Shown here in pieces: positions 62,008-64,000 of a stretch of DNA of 64,000 nt. How positions within the stretch are numbered: the first letter of the stretch is position 1; every line of letters begins with the position of its first letter. The stretch lies in assembly GCA_024642775.1 (NCBI GenBank), contig JAHEAL010000007.1, positions 3,761 to 67,760 on the forward strand, read 5' to 3'. The notes under the pieces are model-generated. The model was not told the origin of the DNA. It did no database searches and worked only from the letters and a program-made list of their open reading frames with translations. This stretch comes from Nitrosomonadales bacterium. Its GTDB lineage: Bacteria > Pseudomonadota > Gammaproteobacteria > Burkholderiales > Methylophilaceae. The position numbers and the translations under genes were made by a program.

Positions 62008-62026
62008 TTTAAAAATTATTAATTTT

Positions 62027-62056
62027 AAAAGGGGCTTAATTAAAGCCCCTTTTTTA
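62027..62056 (+). terminator. Intrinsic terminator after rplT, 11 nt before pheS start
   Basis: AAAA-GGGGCTT-AATTA-AAGCCCC-TTTTTT. Confidence 0.75.
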
Positions 62057-62067
62057 TTTTTCGATTT

Positions 62068-63048
62068 ATGGACAATTTAGATCAATTAATTGAACAAGCT
62101 AAAACTGACTTCTTGGGATGCTTCAAGCTCTCTGAGCTTGATCATATCAAAGCAAGATTCCTAGGAAAGTCTGGGCCTATTGCTGAGGCAATGAAAACTT
62201 TATCCTTACTATCGGCAGAGGAAAGACCCAAAAAAGGCGCAGAAATTAACCAAATTAAACGCCAGATAGAAGACCTACTCAATATTCGAAAAGAAGAAAT
62301 AATCTCAGCAGAGCTGAATAAAAGATTAGAGGAAGAAAAGATTGATATCACTCTTCCTTCCAGAAAATTTGAAAAGGGTTCTCTTCATCCAGTCGTTAAT
62401 ACTATTTCAAGCATCTCAAAAATTTTTCATAGTATTGGGTTTGATGTGACTGACGGCCCAGAAATAGAAGATGATTTTCATAACTTTACGGCATTAAATA
62501 TTCCAGAATCCCATCCTGCCAGAGCGATGCATGACACGTTTTACATTAACAAGAATTATGTTTTAAGAACACACACATCACCAGTGCAGATAAGGTATAT
62601 GGAGAATAATGCACCCCCAATACAAATTATTTCTCCCGGTAGAGTTTATCGGGTAGATTCAGATGCAACCCATTCACCAATGTTTCATCAGGTTGAGGGA
62701 TTGATGATCAACAAAGATGTAAACTTTTCTAATTTAAAGGGCATTGTTCAATCTTTCTTACAAAAGTATTTTGAGGATGAGAAGCTCACTATACGATTTA
62801 GACCTTCCTATTTTCCTTTTACCGAGCCTTCTGCAGAAATTGATATGAGTTGGAATGGAGGTTGGTTAGAGATAGGTGGGTGTGGAATGGTCCATCCTAA
62901 TGTCCTAAAGCATGTAAATATTAATCCTGAAGAATTTCAGGGGTTTGCTTTTGGATTAGGAGTTGAGAGATTAACTATGCTTAAGTATGGCATTGATGAT
63001 TTAAGGCACTTCTTTAATCATGACCTTAGATTTTTGGAGCAGTTTTAA
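62068..63048 (+). CDS. pheS: Phenylalanine--tRNA ligase alpha subunit
   Basis: 326 aa. Class II motifs ([34 protein letters not shown]). Confidence 0.95.
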   Translation: MDNLDQLIEQAKTDFLGCFKLSELDHIKARFLGKSGPIAEAMKTLSLLSAEERPKKGAEINQIKRQIEDLLNIRKEEIISAELNKRLEEEKIDITLPSRKFEKGSLHPVVNTISSISKIFHSIGFDVTDGPEIEDDFHNFTALNIPESHPARAMHDTFYINKNYVLRTHTSPVQIRYMENNAPPIQIISPGRVYRVDSDATHSPMFHQVEGLMINKDVNFSNLKGIVQSFLQKYFEDEKLTIRFRPSYFPFTEPSAEIDMSWNGGWLEIGGCGMVHPNVLKHVNINPEEFQGFAFGLGVERLTMLKYGIDDLRHFFNHDLRFLEQF

Positions 63049-64000
63049 TGAAGGTATCTTTTTCTTGGTTAAATAATTACTTTGATAAGCCTTTGAATAT
63101 TGAAAGTCTAGAATATGACTTAACAATGGCAGGTCTTGAAGTGGACTCCATAGAGCATCTTGGGGCGTCATTAGATAATGTTGTTGTTGGTAAGATTATC
63201 AGCATCGAAAAACATCCCGATGCAGATAAGCTCAATGTCTGCCAAGTTGATGTGGGTAGTAAAGAATTACAAATTGTTTGTGGCGCCCCTAATGCGAGAG
63301 CGGGCATCAAAATCCCATGTGCATTAATCGGGGCAAAGTTTGGGCAATTTGAAATAAAGAAAGCAAAACTGCGTGGGGTAGAGTCTTTTGGTATGCTATG
63401 TTCTTCGAAAGAGATTGGTTTAAGTGATAGTGCAGATGGCTTGCTTGAATTAAGTCAGGATTTGAATTTAGGTGACCGTATTTCAGATGCGTTAGATCTT
63501 AATGACTCAGTATTAGATATATCACTAACTCCTAATAGAGCCGATTGCTTAAGCGTCCAAGGTATTGCCAGGGAGATTAAGTCCTTGACGGGAAATCCTT
63601 TTCATTTGCCAAAAATTCAAAAGATAGAGTCAAATTTTAAAAGTGATCAGAAAGTTAACGTCATAGACTCTAATAACTGCCCTTTATATTGCGGCGTTGA
63701 GATAGCCGGTTTAAATAATACTATTAACCTTCCTAAAGAGCTCATAAGCTACCTGTCGAGATCTGATATAAGCTCTATTAACCCGGTTGTGGATCTTGTC
63801 AATTACGTAATGCTGGAAACTGGACAGCCGATGCATGCCTTTGCTAAGGACAAATTAACAGGAAGTATCGATGTTAGGCCGTCTAAAACTGGTGAAAAAA
63901 TTGTCTTGCTTAACGATCAAGAAGTTACACTCAAAGAAAATGATTTAGTCATTGCGGATGAAAAAAATGTGTTGGCTATAGCAGGCGTAATGGGGGGCAA
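63048..64000 (+). CDS. pheT: Phenylalanine--tRNA ligase beta subunit, 3'-truncated at window edge (absent from ORF track)
   Basis: TAATG overlap with pheS. Translation [36 protein letters not shown]...KHPDADKLNVCQVDVG...KLRGVESFGMLCS is the PheT N-terminal and tRNA-binding (EMAP/OB) domain. The frame is open to the window end. Confidence 0.92.
   Translation, partial: MKVSFSWLNNYFDKPLNIESLEYDLTMAGLEVDSIEHLGASLDNVVVGKIISIEKHPDADKLNVCQVDVGSKELQIVCGAPNARAGIKIPCALIGAKFGQFEIKKAKLRGVESFGMLCSSKEIGLSDSADGLLELSQDLNLGDRISDALDLNDSVLDISLTPNRADCLSVQGIAREIKSLTGNPFHLPKIQKIESNFKSDQKVNVIDSNNCPLYCGVEIAGLNNTINLPKELISYLSRSDISSINPVVDLVNYVMLETGQPMHAFAKDKLTGSIDVRPSKTGEKIVLLNDQEVTLKENDLVIADEKNVLAIAGVMGG

Noticed and set aside
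1-64000. Search by eye for CRISPR arrays, tandem or interspersed repeats, IS elements, integrases, phage genes and known defence genes.
   Set aside because: None found. No intergenic region exceeds about 135 bp. The only recurring motif is the generic A-tract/GGGG-loop-CCCC/T-tract terminator architecture (19891, 39604, 62027), and these are not sequence repeats of each other.

Overview
This window is A+T-rich, very gene-dense bacterial chromosome, and almost all of it is core housekeeping. I call 67 CDS (two cut by the window edges, three missing or mis-started in the ORF track) and 5 tRNAs. I see no rRNA, CRISPR array, transposase, integrase, prophage or recognisable defence gene. The gene order is the one I associate with Betaproteobacteria: nadK-recN / fur / bamE-dapB-carAB-greA-DUF4149 / yhbY; rlmE-ftsH-folP-glmM / pstBACS; prfB-lysS; purB-wrbA-DUF2069-surE-nlpD; acnB; uvrC-pgsA-tRNA(Gly,Cys,Leu); recJ-tpiA-secG-tRNA(Leu)-nuoA..N-DUF2818; tRNA(Val)-thrS-infC-rpmI-rplT-pheST. 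The low GC, tiny spacers, about 18 overlapping gene junctions and several UUG/GUG starts suggest a streamlined lineage. An OM43/Methylophilaceae-like organism is only a guess. Signals read directly from the sequence: the canonical RF2 +1 frameshift site, an obligatory non-canonical infC start, two near-consensus Pho boxes (pstS and an OprO/P-type porin), several intrinsic terminators, and an unlisted 59-aa tautomerase gene. I did not find a convincing multi-gene novel system. The best candidates for undescribed biology are: (1) an A+T-rich orphan pair (44-aa membrane peptide plus 282-aa protein) between a tRNA cluster and recJ; (2) a HisKA_3/NarL two-component pair divergent from a small secreted 4-Cys protein, with a palindrome between them; (3) an apparently catalytically dead SDR-fold protein coupled to the 3' end of the nuo operon; (4) a BamE with a roughly 135-aa charged C-terminal extension; (5) a SulP transporter plus beta-carbonic anhydrase pair inserted between yhbY and rlmE.
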